Shown: piece after piece, positions 1-8,617 of the stretch
Layout of the letters: every line of letters starts with the position of its first letter
How positions within the stretch are numbered: position 1 is the stretch's first letter
DNA from: Candidatus Altimarinota bacterium
Lineage (GTDB): Bacteria; Patescibacteriota; Gracilibacteria; UBA1369
NCBI GenBank assembly: GCA_041659405.1
Contig: JBAZYK010000002.1
Span: 127,974-159,973, forward strand
Direction: 5' to 3'
DNA length: 32,000 nt
Translations under genes and position numbers: made by a program
The notes under the pieces: generated by a model
Seen by the model: only the letters and a program-made list of their open reading frames with translations
Databases searched by the model: none
Told to the model about the DNA's origin: nothing

Positions 1-1
1 T

Positions 2-334
2 ATCGGCCCAAAACTTGCCATGGAAATTCTTTCCCAAAATACTGACAAGGTTAAGTCCGCAATCATCAGCGGAGATTTGGCTTATTTAAGTAAGATTCCG
101 GGCATTGGCAAAAAGACGGCAGAACGCATTGTTGTGGAATTAAAAAACAAAGTTGAACTTGCCGACATTTCCAGATTACACGCAAAAATCGAGCATACGG
201 TTGAAGATGAAGTTATTGATGCTCTCCAAAATCTTGGCTATCAAAAATTTGAAGTTATGCGAGTGCTGAAAAACGCTCCAGCGGAATTAACAGAAGCTGA
301 AGCCATTATTACCTTCTTTCTTCAAAACGTTTAA
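2..334 (+). CDS. ruvA: Holliday junction branch migration protein RuvA, C-terminal part (5' truncated by window edge)
   Basis: Frame is open from base 2 (IGPKLAMEILSQ...). HhH motif LSKIPGIGKKTAERIVVELKNKV, then a RuvA domain III-like tail (VIDALQNLGYQKFEVMRVLKN). Confidence 0.9.
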   Translation: MGPKLAMEILSQNTDKVKSAIISGDLAYLSKIPGIGKKTAERIVVELKNKVELADISRLHAKIEHTVEDEVIDALQNLGYQKFEVMRVLKNAPAELTEAEAIITFFLQNV

Positions 335-352
335 ATCCTATTTTTAAAACAT

Positions 353-1603
353 ATGCTAACCGTTGATTTTAAAAACGCTTTATCGGAAAAACTTAAAGGC
401 GAGGGATTAAGTAAAAAAGAGTTTCAGGAACTGCAAAGAAAATATCAATCAATAAAAAGCGTTCTCACTCAAAAAAAACAACTTGGTTTTATTGATCTTC
501 CATATCAAAAAAGCACCCATTTGGAATTATTGGAAGCTGAAGCAAAAAAAATCCGCAAGAATTTTCAGAATGTTTTTATAATCGGAATTGGCGGATCGTC
601 ACTTGGTTCAATTGCCTTAATGAAGAGCTTAAAGCCATTTCAAACAGAGCAACCACACCTTTTCTTTTTGGATAACCCGGAGGCCGGATACATTGATTTT
701 CTCATCAAAAATGTAGATTTATCAAAAACTCTTTTAATTGTAATCAGCAAATCCGGCGGCACGATTGAATCACTTTCGATTTTCTCGGTTTTGTATGCGC
801 AAATGCTCAAAAAAATGGGTTCCAAAGCCAAAAAAAATGTTGTTACAATTACCGAAAACAATAATGGACCACTCGCAAAAATCACACGGAAAGAAGGATT
901 TACCACCTTTGAAGTTCCGTTAAATGTTGGTGGAAGATTTTCAGTTTTTACAAATGTCGGACTTCTTCCAGCAGCTATTGCCGGCATTAACATTCAAAAA
1001 TTGCTTAAAGGCGCACGAAATACCGATCTGGAAATGGCTTATAAGTTGAGTCTTTTACAATATTCTTTATATAAAGAAAAAGGCAAAACCATGACTGTTT
1101 TCTTTCCATACGGACGAATTTTGGCTGATCTTGGCGATTGGTACGTTCAACTTTTGGCCGAAAGTATCGGAAAAAATGCCAAAGTTGGCCCAACCCCACT
1201 TAAAGCCGTTGGAGCAATGGATCAGCATGCCCAACTGCAACTTTTTATGGAAGGACCAAATAATAAATTTCACATTTTTGTTGAATATTTAAAGACCAAA
1301 CAAATTAGAATTCCCACATTATTTAAAAATGAAAAACCGTTTGAATATTTACAGGGCCATGACCTGCATGAAGTACTTTTAACCGAGCGCAAAGGAACCG
1401 CCGAAGCTTTAGCTTCAAAGAAACGCCCAAATATCACTTTCACCATGGAAAAAATTGATGAAGAAAATTTAGGAGAACTAATGTATTTACTGGAAATTGA
1501 AATCGCCTTTTTAGGAGAACTTTTTCAGATTAACGCCTTCGATCAGCCCGGAGTTGAAATTAGCAAAATACTCACAAAACAATATCTTTCCAAAAAGAAT
1601 TAA
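353..1603 (+). CDS. pgi: Glucose-6-phosphate isomerase
   Basis: 416 aa; IGIGGSSLGS, SKSGGTIES, GGRFSVFTNVGLLPAA and a C-terminal QPGVEISK motif typical of bacterial PGI. Confidence 0.93.
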   Translation: MLTVDFKNALSEKLKGEGLSKKEFQELQRKYQSIKSVLTQKKQLGFIDLPYQKSTHLELLEAEAKKIRKNFQNVFIIGIGGSSLGSIALMKSLKPFQTEQPHLFFLDNPEAGYIDFLIKNVDLSKTLLIVISKSGGTIESLSIFSVLYAQMLKKMGSKAKKNVVTITENNNGPLAKITRKEGFTTFEVPLNVGGRFSVFTNVGLLPAAIAGINIQKLLKGARNTDLEMAYKLSLLQYSLYKEKGKTMTVFFPYGRILADLGDWYVQLLAESIGKNAKVGPTPLKAVGAMDQHAQLQLFMEGPNNKFHIFVEYLKTKQIRIPTLFKNEKPFEYLQGHDLHEVLLTERKGTAEALASKKRPNITFTMEKIDEENLGELMYLLEIEIAFLGELFQINAFDQPGVEISKILTKQYLSKKN

Positions 1604-2694
1604 TGAAAACACACCTTAGCAAGCGGATCAAACTCCTTCAAAAGAAACTTCAGAATCAAAAAATTGAGGGACTTTATCTAAGCGATCCTTTTAATATTAG
1701 ATATTTAAGCGATTTTAGCGGAACCAATGGCCAAATTTTTATCACGCCCAAGAAAGCTTATTTCTTAACGGATTTTCGATATCTTGGAGTTGCCAAAAAG
1801 ATTCTGCCACCGGAAGTTGAATTAAAAATATATAAAAAAGGGCTTCTGAATACGTTGGAATCCCTACTCAATAAACACAAAATTGCAGAAATGGCTTTTG
1901 AAAGCCGAAATCTGACCTATAATTTCTTTAATGCTTTCAAAAAAAATCTTAAAATCAAATTAAAACCCACAACCAAAATCGTTGAAGAACTCCGGGAAAT
2001 TAAAGACGAAGAAGAAATCGCCAAAATCATTAAAGCGCAAACAATAGCGGAAAAAGTCATTTTAGAAGTCAAGAAAAACCTTAAACCGGGCAAAACCGAA
2101 AAAGATCTTTCCTGGGAAATTGAAAAATTCGGTCACGGATTTGGAGCTGATAAAATTTCTTTTGATTCGATCATTGGTTTTCAGGAAAACAGCGCTAATC
2201 CACATCATCAAAACACCGATAAAAAGCTTAAGAAAGGCGATGTTGTGCTGATTGATATGGGCATGCAATATCAGGGATATTGCTCCGACATGACTCGCAT
2301 GATTTTTACGGCAAAACCTACAACCGAACAAAAAGAAGTCTATTTAACGGTGCTGGAGGCTCAAGAGAAAAGTATTCAAAAGATGAAAGCGGGAGTAATG
2401 GCCAAGGACATGGACAAAATTGCCAGAGATATCATTGAAAAAGCCGGATATGGTAAAACTTTTGGCCATAGTTTAGGCCACGGAATAGGTTTGGAAGTTC
2501 ACGAATCCCCCAACCTGTCTCCCAGTAGTGAAAATGCGCTTGCAGAAAACGCAATTGTCACTTCCGAACCGGGAATTTACCTGGAAAAAAACTTTGGCGT
2601 TCGCATTGAAGATATGCTATTAATTAAGGGCGCAAAAGCGCTTAACCTTACTAAAATCCCCAAGAAACTCGAAGACTCAATCCAGTTAATTTAA
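1603..2694 (+). CDS. M24 family Xaa-Pro aminopeptidase/dipeptidase
   Basis: 363 aa; creatinase N-domain followed by the M24 metal site (LIDMGMQYQGYCSDMTRM, GHSLGHGIGLEVHE, VTSEPGIYLE, GVRIEDMLL). Start overlaps the pgi stop (TAATG). Confidence 0.92.
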   Translation: MKTHLSKRIKLLQKKLQNQKIEGLYLSDPFNIRYLSDFSGTNGQIFITPKKAYFLTDFRYLGVAKKILPPEVELKIYKKGLLNTLESLLNKHKIAEMAFESRNLTYNFFNAFKKNLKIKLKPTTKIVEELREIKDEEEIAKIIKAQTIAEKVILEVKKNLKPGKTEKDLSWEIEKFGHGFGADKISFDSIIGFQENSANPHHQNTDKKLKKGDVVLIDMGMQYQGYCSDMTRMIFTAKPTTEQKEVYLTVLEAQEKSIQKMKAGVMAKDMDKIARDIIEKAGYGKTFGHSLGHGIGLEVHESPNLSPSSENALAENAIVTSEPGIYLEKNFGVRIEDMLLIKGAKALNLTKIPKKLEDSIQLI

Positions 2695-2698
2695 ATCT

Positions 2699-4162
2699 AT
2701 GGATCACAAAGTAGCCGTCATTTTGTTTCCAGGCAGCAATTGCGAACTAGAAGCCCTTAGAGCTTGCAGAAGATCAAAATTAACAGCTGATCTTATTCGC
2801 TGGAATGACGATTATTCAAAGTTGAAAAAATATGACGCCTTCATTCTTCCCGGCGGTTTTTCTTATGAAGATCGCGGAAGATCAGGCATTATCGCGGCTC
2901 AGGATCCGATTATGGACGTTATTAAGCAGCAAGCAGAAGCCGGCAAGCCGGTTTTGGGTTTATGCAATGGTTGCCAAATTTTAGTTGAAAAAGGAATGAT
3001 TCCCGGACTTAATCCAAATCATTTGGAATTGGCCATGGGATGGAATGAACGTGTTAAAAAAGGCAAGATCCTTGGTGTAGGTTTTTACAACGATTGGATT
3101 TATATAAGGCACGATGCCACAAAAGGCCGCAGTGTCTTTAATCGTTTTAGCCAAAAAGAAGTAATGCGAATTCCGGTTGCTCATGGCGAAGGTCGCTTTA
3201 CCACACTCGAAAAAAATCTCCTGGAAAATTTGAAAAACAATGAACAGACTCTTTTCCGCTATTGCGATGAAAACGGCAAAATTGTTGAAGAGTTTCCCGT
3301 AAATCCAAATGGCGCCATGTACAATTTGGCTGGTGTTTGTAATCCGGAAGGTAACGTTTTAGCGCTAATGCCCCATCCGGAACGCACCACGGTTGGTCAA
3401 CCGATTTTTGATTCATTGGCTGATTACCTGAATAGCTCAAAAAAGACTTTGGTTAAGCCAAAAAGCTTAACTGCGGATAAGAAAAAATCACAATCATCAC
3501 AGAAAACTTCTGCTCGTTCGCCAATCCAGGACAAACCGGAAAAGATGACCAAAAAGCCCGATATCACCATGCTGATTCGCCTGATTATTACGGATAACGA
3601 AGAACGCACCATGGAAAATACCGTAAAAAGACTTGGCTTTAATGCAACTTTAAAGCGCCAAATCTTTTTGGGATTCGATCTGAAAGATAAAAAAGATCTA
3701 AAAAAAACTGCTGAAAAACTTTTAGCCAGCGGCGAAATCCTTAATTTAAATAAAGAAATCCCAACTATTTATATTGGCGATGAAGTATACAGTTACAGCA
3801 AAGATAAAGGGCTGCAGCCAATGCAAAATCAGCTCCCAAACAATTTTCATTTCATTGTTACCGAATACGACAATTATACCGGTAAAAGCATCAGGGCCAA
3901 CCTTCAAAATCATCTTCATGATAACGTAATTGAAAAAGTTGAACGAGGAGTTTTCTGGAGCATGGAGGCAAAAGACCAGGCAACTTCCGATCAAATTATT
4001 AAGACCCACCTCTTCCACAATCCCCATTCAATGAAATTAATTCTGGCCGATTTTGGAGGCAAAAGCGCTAAAAATGAAAGTTCAAAATCCGATTTTCAAA
4101 GTCAGAATCCCGACTTCCAAATTCAAAGATCAAACTCAAATCAAAAAAATATTTCTAATTAA
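2699..4162 (+). CDS. purQ: Phosphoribosylformylglycinamidine synthase glutaminase subunit PurQ-like, with about 200 aa C-terminal extension (PurS-like segment)
   Basis: VILFPGSNCE, ILPGGFSYEDRGRSG, VLGLCNGCQILVEKGMIPG (Cys nucleophile), AHGEGRF, NPNGAMYNLAGVCNPEGNVLALMPHPERT. The C-terminus after a low-complexity linker has LIRLIITDNEERTMENTVKRLGF..., which looks PurS-like. Confidence 0.85.
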   Translation: MDHKVAVILFPGSNCELEALRACRRSKLTADLIRWNDDYSKLKKYDAFILPGGFSYEDRGRSGIIAAQDPIMDVIKQQAEAGKPVLGLCNGCQILVEKGMIPGLNPNHLELAMGWNERVKKGKILGVGFYNDWIYIRHDATKGRSVFNRFSQKEVMRIPVAHGEGRFTTLEKNLLENLKNNEQTLFRYCDENGKIVEEFPVNPNGAMYNLAGVCNPEGNVLALMPHPERTTVGQPIFDSLADYLNSSKKTLVKPKSLTADKKKSQSSQKTSARSPIQDKPEKMTKKPDITMLIRLIITDNEERTMENTVKRLGFNATLKRQIFLGFDLKDKKDLKKTAEKLLASGEILNLNKEIPTIYIGDEVYSYSKDKGLQPMQNQLPNNFHFIVTEYDNYTGKSIRANLQNHLHDNVIEKVERGVFWSMEAKDQATSDQIIKTHLFHNPHSMKLILADFGGKSAKNESSKSDFQSQNPDFQIQRSNSNQKNISN

Positions 4163-4187
4163 TAATTTATAATTACTAATTGAACCT

Positions 4188-5957
4188 ATGTGTGGAATTT
4201 TTGCTTATATTGGACAAAAAACGAATGCAGCTGATCTTGTAGTCAGAGGTTTAAAAAAACTGGAATATCGTGGATATGATTCTTGGGGAGTGGCTTATCA
4301 AAACGGTTCAAATCTTGGCCTATACAAAAAAGTAGGAAAAATTGGCGAGTTTGACTTGGAACATAATCCCTTTCCGCAAACCAGCATTGCCATTGGCCAT
4401 TCTCGTTGGGCCACTCATGGTGGAGTAACCGAACTTAATGCCCACCCACACGTTGATGAAGCCAAAAAATTGGCTGTAGTTCACAATGGTATTATCGAAA
4501 ATTTTGAAGAGCTTAAAGCAAGACTCATCAGCCAAAAACACGTTTTTATTTCTCAAACCGATACCGAAGTAATCGTTCATTTGATTGAAGAATATTGCAA
4601 AAAACATGATTTTGAGACCGCCGCAAAAATGGCCATTAAAGAGTTGAAAGGTCGTTTTGCCATTCTGGTTATGAAGGCCGAAGATCACAAAATTATCGCA
4701 GCCAGAAGAGGTTCTCCTTTAATCGTGGGCATTGGCGAACATGAATATTTTGTCGCTTCGGATATTCCGGCATTTTTGGAATACACACGCAAAGTTATGT
4801 ATCTGGATGATAACCAAATGGTAGTGCTTGATGGTAAACCACTTTTTTATGATTTAGATACCGACAAAGAGATTGAAAAAAGAGTAGTCGAAATCAATTG
4901 GAACACCAAAGAAGCGGAAAAAGGCAATTTCGCGCATTTCATGATCAAAGAAATCATGGAACAGAAAGACACAATTCACCGTGCGATTAACCAGGACGAT
5001 CACGAAATTCAAAAGCTGGCCGAAGAGATCAAAAAAGCCTATGGCACATTTTTAATTGGCTGCGGAACGGCCGGAAAAGTTTGTCTAGCCGCCGAATATA
5101 TTTTCGCTAAAGTCGCTCAAAGACACGTAAATGTGGTTGTGGGATCGGAATTCCCAAGTCATCAACATTTCCTAAAAGAAAAAAGTCTGGTTATTGCCGT
5201 TTCACAAAGCGGAGAAACCGCCGATACTTTGGAAGCGATTGAGGTTGCCAAGAAAAAAGGCGCAAAAGTTCTTTCAATTGTAAATGTGGAAGGCTCAACC
5301 ATGGATCGCGAATCCGACTACACACTGCACATTAAAGCCGGCCCAGAAAAGGCTGTGGCATCAACCAAAGCCACAACTTCCCAAATTGCGATTTTGACAC
5401 TGCTTGCTTACGCTTGTGTGGATAAGCTGCAGGAAGGCAAAAAACTGCTCATTGAAACTGCCGGAAAAATCAATGACATGCTTAATCCACGCTACGAAGA
5501 ACACATCAAAAACCTGGCAGAAAAATTAAAGGATAGCGAAAGTATGTACGTGATCGGCAAAGCGGTAAACTACGCCATGGCGCTTGAATCAGCCATAAAA
5601 TTGCAGGAAGTTTCTTACATTCACGCCGAAGGATTTGCCGGAGGAGAACTAAAACACGGCCCGATTGCTTTGATCAGCGAAGGCACACCTTGCATTGCGC
5701 TTGTAGCCAACGACGAAACCCGCACCGACATTTTAAACAACGCCCGTGAAGTCAAAGCCCGCGGCGGTTACATAATTGGCATTTCACCGGAAAACGACGC
5801 CATTTTTGACTTCTGGATCCGCGTTCCGGATGTAGGCATTGCCTCTCCAATCGTAAACATCATCCCTATCCAACTTTTGGCCTATTACCTGGCCATTCTG
5901 CGCCAAAACAACCCCGACATGCCAAGAAACCTGGCAAAGAGCGTGACGGTGAAGTAG
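4188..5957 (+). CDS. glmS: Glutamine--fructose-6-phosphate aminotransferase (isomerizing)
   Basis: 589 aa; MCGIFAYIG N-terminal Ntn amidotransferase, GHSRWATHG, SIS domains (GTAGKVCLAAEYIF, SQSGETADT, STKATTSQ) and a C-terminal LAKSVTVK. Confidence 0.97.
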   Translation: MCGIFAYIGQKTNAADLVVRGLKKLEYRGYDSWGVAYQNGSNLGLYKKVGKIGEFDLEHNPFPQTSIAIGHSRWATHGGVTELNAHPHVDEAKKLAVVHNGIIENFEELKARLISQKHVFISQTDTEVIVHLIEEYCKKHDFETAAKMAIKELKGRFAILVMKAEDHKIIAARRGSPLIVGIGEHEYFVASDIPAFLEYTRKVMYLDDNQMVVLDGKPLFYDLDTDKEIEKRVVEINWNTKEAEKGNFAHFMIKEIMEQKDTIHRAINQDDHEIQKLAEEIKKAYGTFLIGCGTAGKVCLAAEYIFAKVAQRHVNVVVGSEFPSHQHFLKEKSLVIAVSQSGETADTLEAIEVAKKKGAKVLSIVNVEGSTMDRESDYTLHIKAGPEKAVASTKATTSQIAILTLLAYACVDKLQEGKKLLIETAGKINDMLNPRYEEHIKNLAEKLKDSESMYVIGKAVNYAMALESAIKLQEVSYIHAEGFAGGELKHGPIALISEGTPCIALVANDETRTDILNNAREVKARGGYIIGISPENDAIFDFWIRVPDVGIASPIVNIIPIQLLAYYLAILRQNNPDMPRNLAKSVTVK

Positions 5958-5991
5958 GGGCAGCCAATTCAAAATCTTAACAAAAAACACC

Positions 5992-6521
5992 ATGAAAAAA
6001 ATAATCGAACAACCGGACGTCCAATTTATTTTAACAGGTGGAACTATTGATTCATATTATGATGCAACGAAAGACACAGCCGTTCCAAATCGTCACTCAG
6101 TTATTCCTGAATACATTAAATCGCTCAAAATAAACAATAAAGTCATATTCACTCAGGTCTGCATGAAGGACAGCAGAAGCTTAACTCAAAACGATCGAAA
6201 AAAAATCTTAGAAACGATTGAAAAAAGTGTATCTAAAAAAATCATCATCACACATGGAACCTATACCATGCCCGACACAGCAAAATATTTACAAGCCAAT
6301 CTAAAAAGAAAAAAAAGGTGATTATCCTTACTGGATCAATGATTCCTATCCAAGGCTTTTCACCTTCCGATGCAGGATTTAATTTAGGTTTTGCCCTTGG
6401 CCAACTAAACTACTTACCTGATGGCATTTATGTCTGCATGAATGGTACAATCTTTAATCCTCAAGAAGTTGTGAAAATTATCAACGAGGGTAAATTCACA
6501 TCAGTTTTTTCAAGATCATAG
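5992..6521 (+). pseudogene. Short asparaginase-domain (COG0252-like) protein, split in two frames by an apparent -1 shift in a poly-A run
   Basis: ORF 5992-6321 (FILTGGTIDSYYD, IITHGTYTMPDTAKYL) and ORF 6318-6521 (VIILTGSMIPIQGFSPSDAGFNLGFALGQL) together make one asparaginase N-domain. The junction AAAAAGAAAAAAAAGG is at 6303-6318. It could be a pseudogene, a sequencing indel or slippage. Confidence 0.7.
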
Positions 6522-6568
6522 AGTACATTTAAGGTAAATTCGCCCTTCATTTAAAGCTGATTTTGCTG

Positions 6569-6574
6569 TATAAT
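6569..6574 (+). promoter_or_regulatory. Candidate -10 box (TATAAT) upstream of pyk
   Basis: Exact TATAAT 22 nt before the pyk ATG. The -35 is poor (TTCATT at 6546-6551). Confidence 0.45.
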
Positions 6575-6595
6575 AAAATCAAATAAAACAAACTC

Positions 6596-8026
6596 ATGCT
6601 TCACAAAAAAACAAAAATTGTTTGCACACTTGGGCCGGCCTCACAGGATTTTGGCATGATTGAAAAAATGGTTCATGCCGGAATGAACGTGGCGCGGCTT
6701 AATTTTTCGCATGGGAGTTATGAAAGTTTTTCCAGGATTATTGAAAATATTCGCAAAGTTGAAAAGAAAGTCGGAACGCCAATTGCCATTATGCAGGATC
6801 TACAAGGCCCAAAAATCCGTGTTGGCGAAATGCCTGCGGAAGGTATAAACATCAAAAAAGGACAAACGATTATTTTAACTACAACAAAAATCGTGGGACA
6901 TTTAGCAAATTCCGCGAGTCATACCGCCGCAATAATCCCCTGCCAATATCAGGAACTGCCTAAAGATGTTAAGAAAAATGATCAAATTCTGATCGACGAC
7001 GGACTGATTGAAGTCACCGTAATCAAAGTCCAAAAGAACGAGATTTTTTGCCGAGTTGCCAATGGTGGAATCGTTAAATCACATAAAGGAATTAACGTTC
7101 CAACCGCTTCAATCAAGGCAAATCCGATTACCGACAAGGACAAAGCCGACCTTAAATTCGGACTCGCTCACAATGTGGATTATGTTGCTCTTTCATTCGT
7201 AAAATCTGCCGAAAACATCAAAGAACTTCGCGAACTTATTCGCCTTCAAAAAGGACGAGCTAAAATTATTGCCAAAATCGAACGTCATGAAGCCGTTGAA
7301 AATCTGGAAAGTATTATTTTCGAGACTGATGGAGTAATGGTTGCACGTGGTGATTTGGGCAGCGAGATCCCCGCCGAAACAGTTCCGCTCATTCAAAAAA
7401 GAATTATCAAACTGGCCAATCTTCATGGCAAACCGGTTATTACCGCTACGCAAATTTTGCAATCAATGGTGGATAATCCCCGACCAACTCGCGCTGAAAT
7501 GAGTGATGCCGCCAATGCCGTTTTTGATCATAGTGATGCGCTGATGCTTTCTAACGAATCGGCTGTTGGCAAATATCCGCTGCAGGCAACAGCTACACTT
7601 TCTAAAGTTGCAGCTTCCGTTGAACAATATCTTAAAAGACACAAAGAGTTTTTACCGAATCTGCTTTTTCATGAAAATCTTCCGGTATCTTACGCAACCT
7701 GTTTAAATGCGGCAAAGTTAGCTGTGGATATTAACGCAGATCTGATTATAGCCATCACAAATTCCGGATTTACCGCACAGCATTTGGCTAAACACAGAAT
7801 TTACATCCCGATTATTGCGCTAACCGAAGACCCAAAAGTGCAACGACAACTTGCCCTGGTTTGGGGAATTAAAAAAACATACATTCAACCGATTTCCAAA
7901 GAAATCGACGTTAAAATGATTCGCCAATTTTTGAAGAAAAATAATCTGGCCAAAGCAAATGACAAAATCGTCATTGTGAGCAACGCCAGTAAAGACGAAA
8001 AACAGATTTCGACTATTAAATTTTAA
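6596..8026 (+). CDS. pyk: Pyruvate kinase
   Basis: 476 aa; TKIVCTLGPAS, MNVARLNFSHG, MQDLQGPKIRVG, KIERHEAVENLE, DGVMVARGDLGSEIPAE, ITATQILQSM, PTRAEMSDAANAVFD. Confidence 0.97.
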   Translation: MLHKKTKIVCTLGPASQDFGMIEKMVHAGMNVARLNFSHGSYESFSRIIENIRKVEKKVGTPIAIMQDLQGPKIRVGEMPAEGINIKKGQTIILTTTKIVGHLANSASHTAAIIPCQYQELPKDVKKNDQILIDDGLIEVTVIKVQKNEIFCRVANGGIVKSHKGINVPTASIKANPITDKDKADLKFGLAHNVDYVALSFVKSAENIKELRELIRLQKGRAKIIAKIERHEAVENLESIIFETDGVMVARGDLGSEIPAETVPLIQKRIIKLANLHGKPVITATQILQSMVDNPRPTRAEMSDAANAVFDHSDALMLSNESAVGKYPLQATATLSKVAASVEQYLKRHKEFLPNLLFHENLPVSYATCLNAAKLAVDINADLIIAITNSGFTAQHLAKHRIYIPIIALTEDPKVQRQLALVWGIKKTYIQPISKEIDVKMIRQFLKKNNLAKANDKIVIVSNASKDEKQISTIKF

Positions 8027-8092
8027 GATTTTCCATTAAAATAAAGGTGCGTTTTTTTGACGTACCTATACCGAAAAATCCTTATGATTATA

Positions 8093-8617
8093 ATGGGGAT
8101 CGATCCAGGAACAGCAACCACAGGTTTTGGATTTATTGAATGCTCCAAAGACCAATTCAAACTCTTGGATTACGGCTGCATTAAGACCTTACCGAATCAA
8201 TCGCTAAGTTCCCGTCTTCAACAAATTAATGACGATTTAAAAACTCTTTTAAAAACCTGGAAGCCGGATTCAGTGGCAATCGAAGAACTTTTTTTTAGTA
8301 AAAATGTAAAGACGGCAATTCATGTTGCCCATGCCCGTGGCGCAATGATGCAGCTGCTTTCAACCAGTGGTTATGAAATCGCCGAATACAAACCTCAACA
8401 GGTTAAAGCGGCAGTTTGTGGTTATGGCAACGCCGAAAAAAAACAAATTCAAAAAATGGTTCAACTGATTTTTCAGATGGATCACCTCCCTACTCCGGAT
8501 GACGCCGCGGACGCTTTAGCCATTGCTTTTTGTCATGCCAACACCTTAAAAACCAATCAAATCTTAAAGTCCCAGGAACAATTACCCGCCTATAATCCAA
8601 GCATAATCTCCGCATGA
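8093..8617 (+). CDS. ruvC: Crossover junction endodeoxyribonuclease RuvC (start probably 8084 or 8093; the track ORF begins at 8057)
   Basis: MGIDPGTATTGFGF, AIEELFFSKNVKTAI, ARGAMMQ, YKPQQVKAAVCGYGNAEKKQIQKMV, DAADALAIAFCH. Confidence 0.95.
   Translation: MGIDPGTATTGFGFIECSKDQFKLLDYGCIKTLPNQSLSSRLQQINDDLKTLLKTWKPDSVAIEELFFSKNVKTAIHVAHARGAMMQLLSTSGYEIAEYKPQQVKAAVCGYGNAEKKQIQKMVQLIFQMDHLPTPDDAADALAIAFCHANTLKTNQILKSQEQLPAYNPSIISA

Noticed and set aside
5400-5957. Locally higher GC in the 3' part of glmS, considered as a recombined segment
   Set aside because: By eye it is comparable to parts of other housekeeping genes in the window and the protein is normal glmS; no boundary evidence.
8046-8066. 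Possible hairpin GGTGCG-tttttttga-CGTACC before ruvC
   Set aside because: Only about 5 of 6 bp with a T-rich loop and no T-run 3' of it; weak support.
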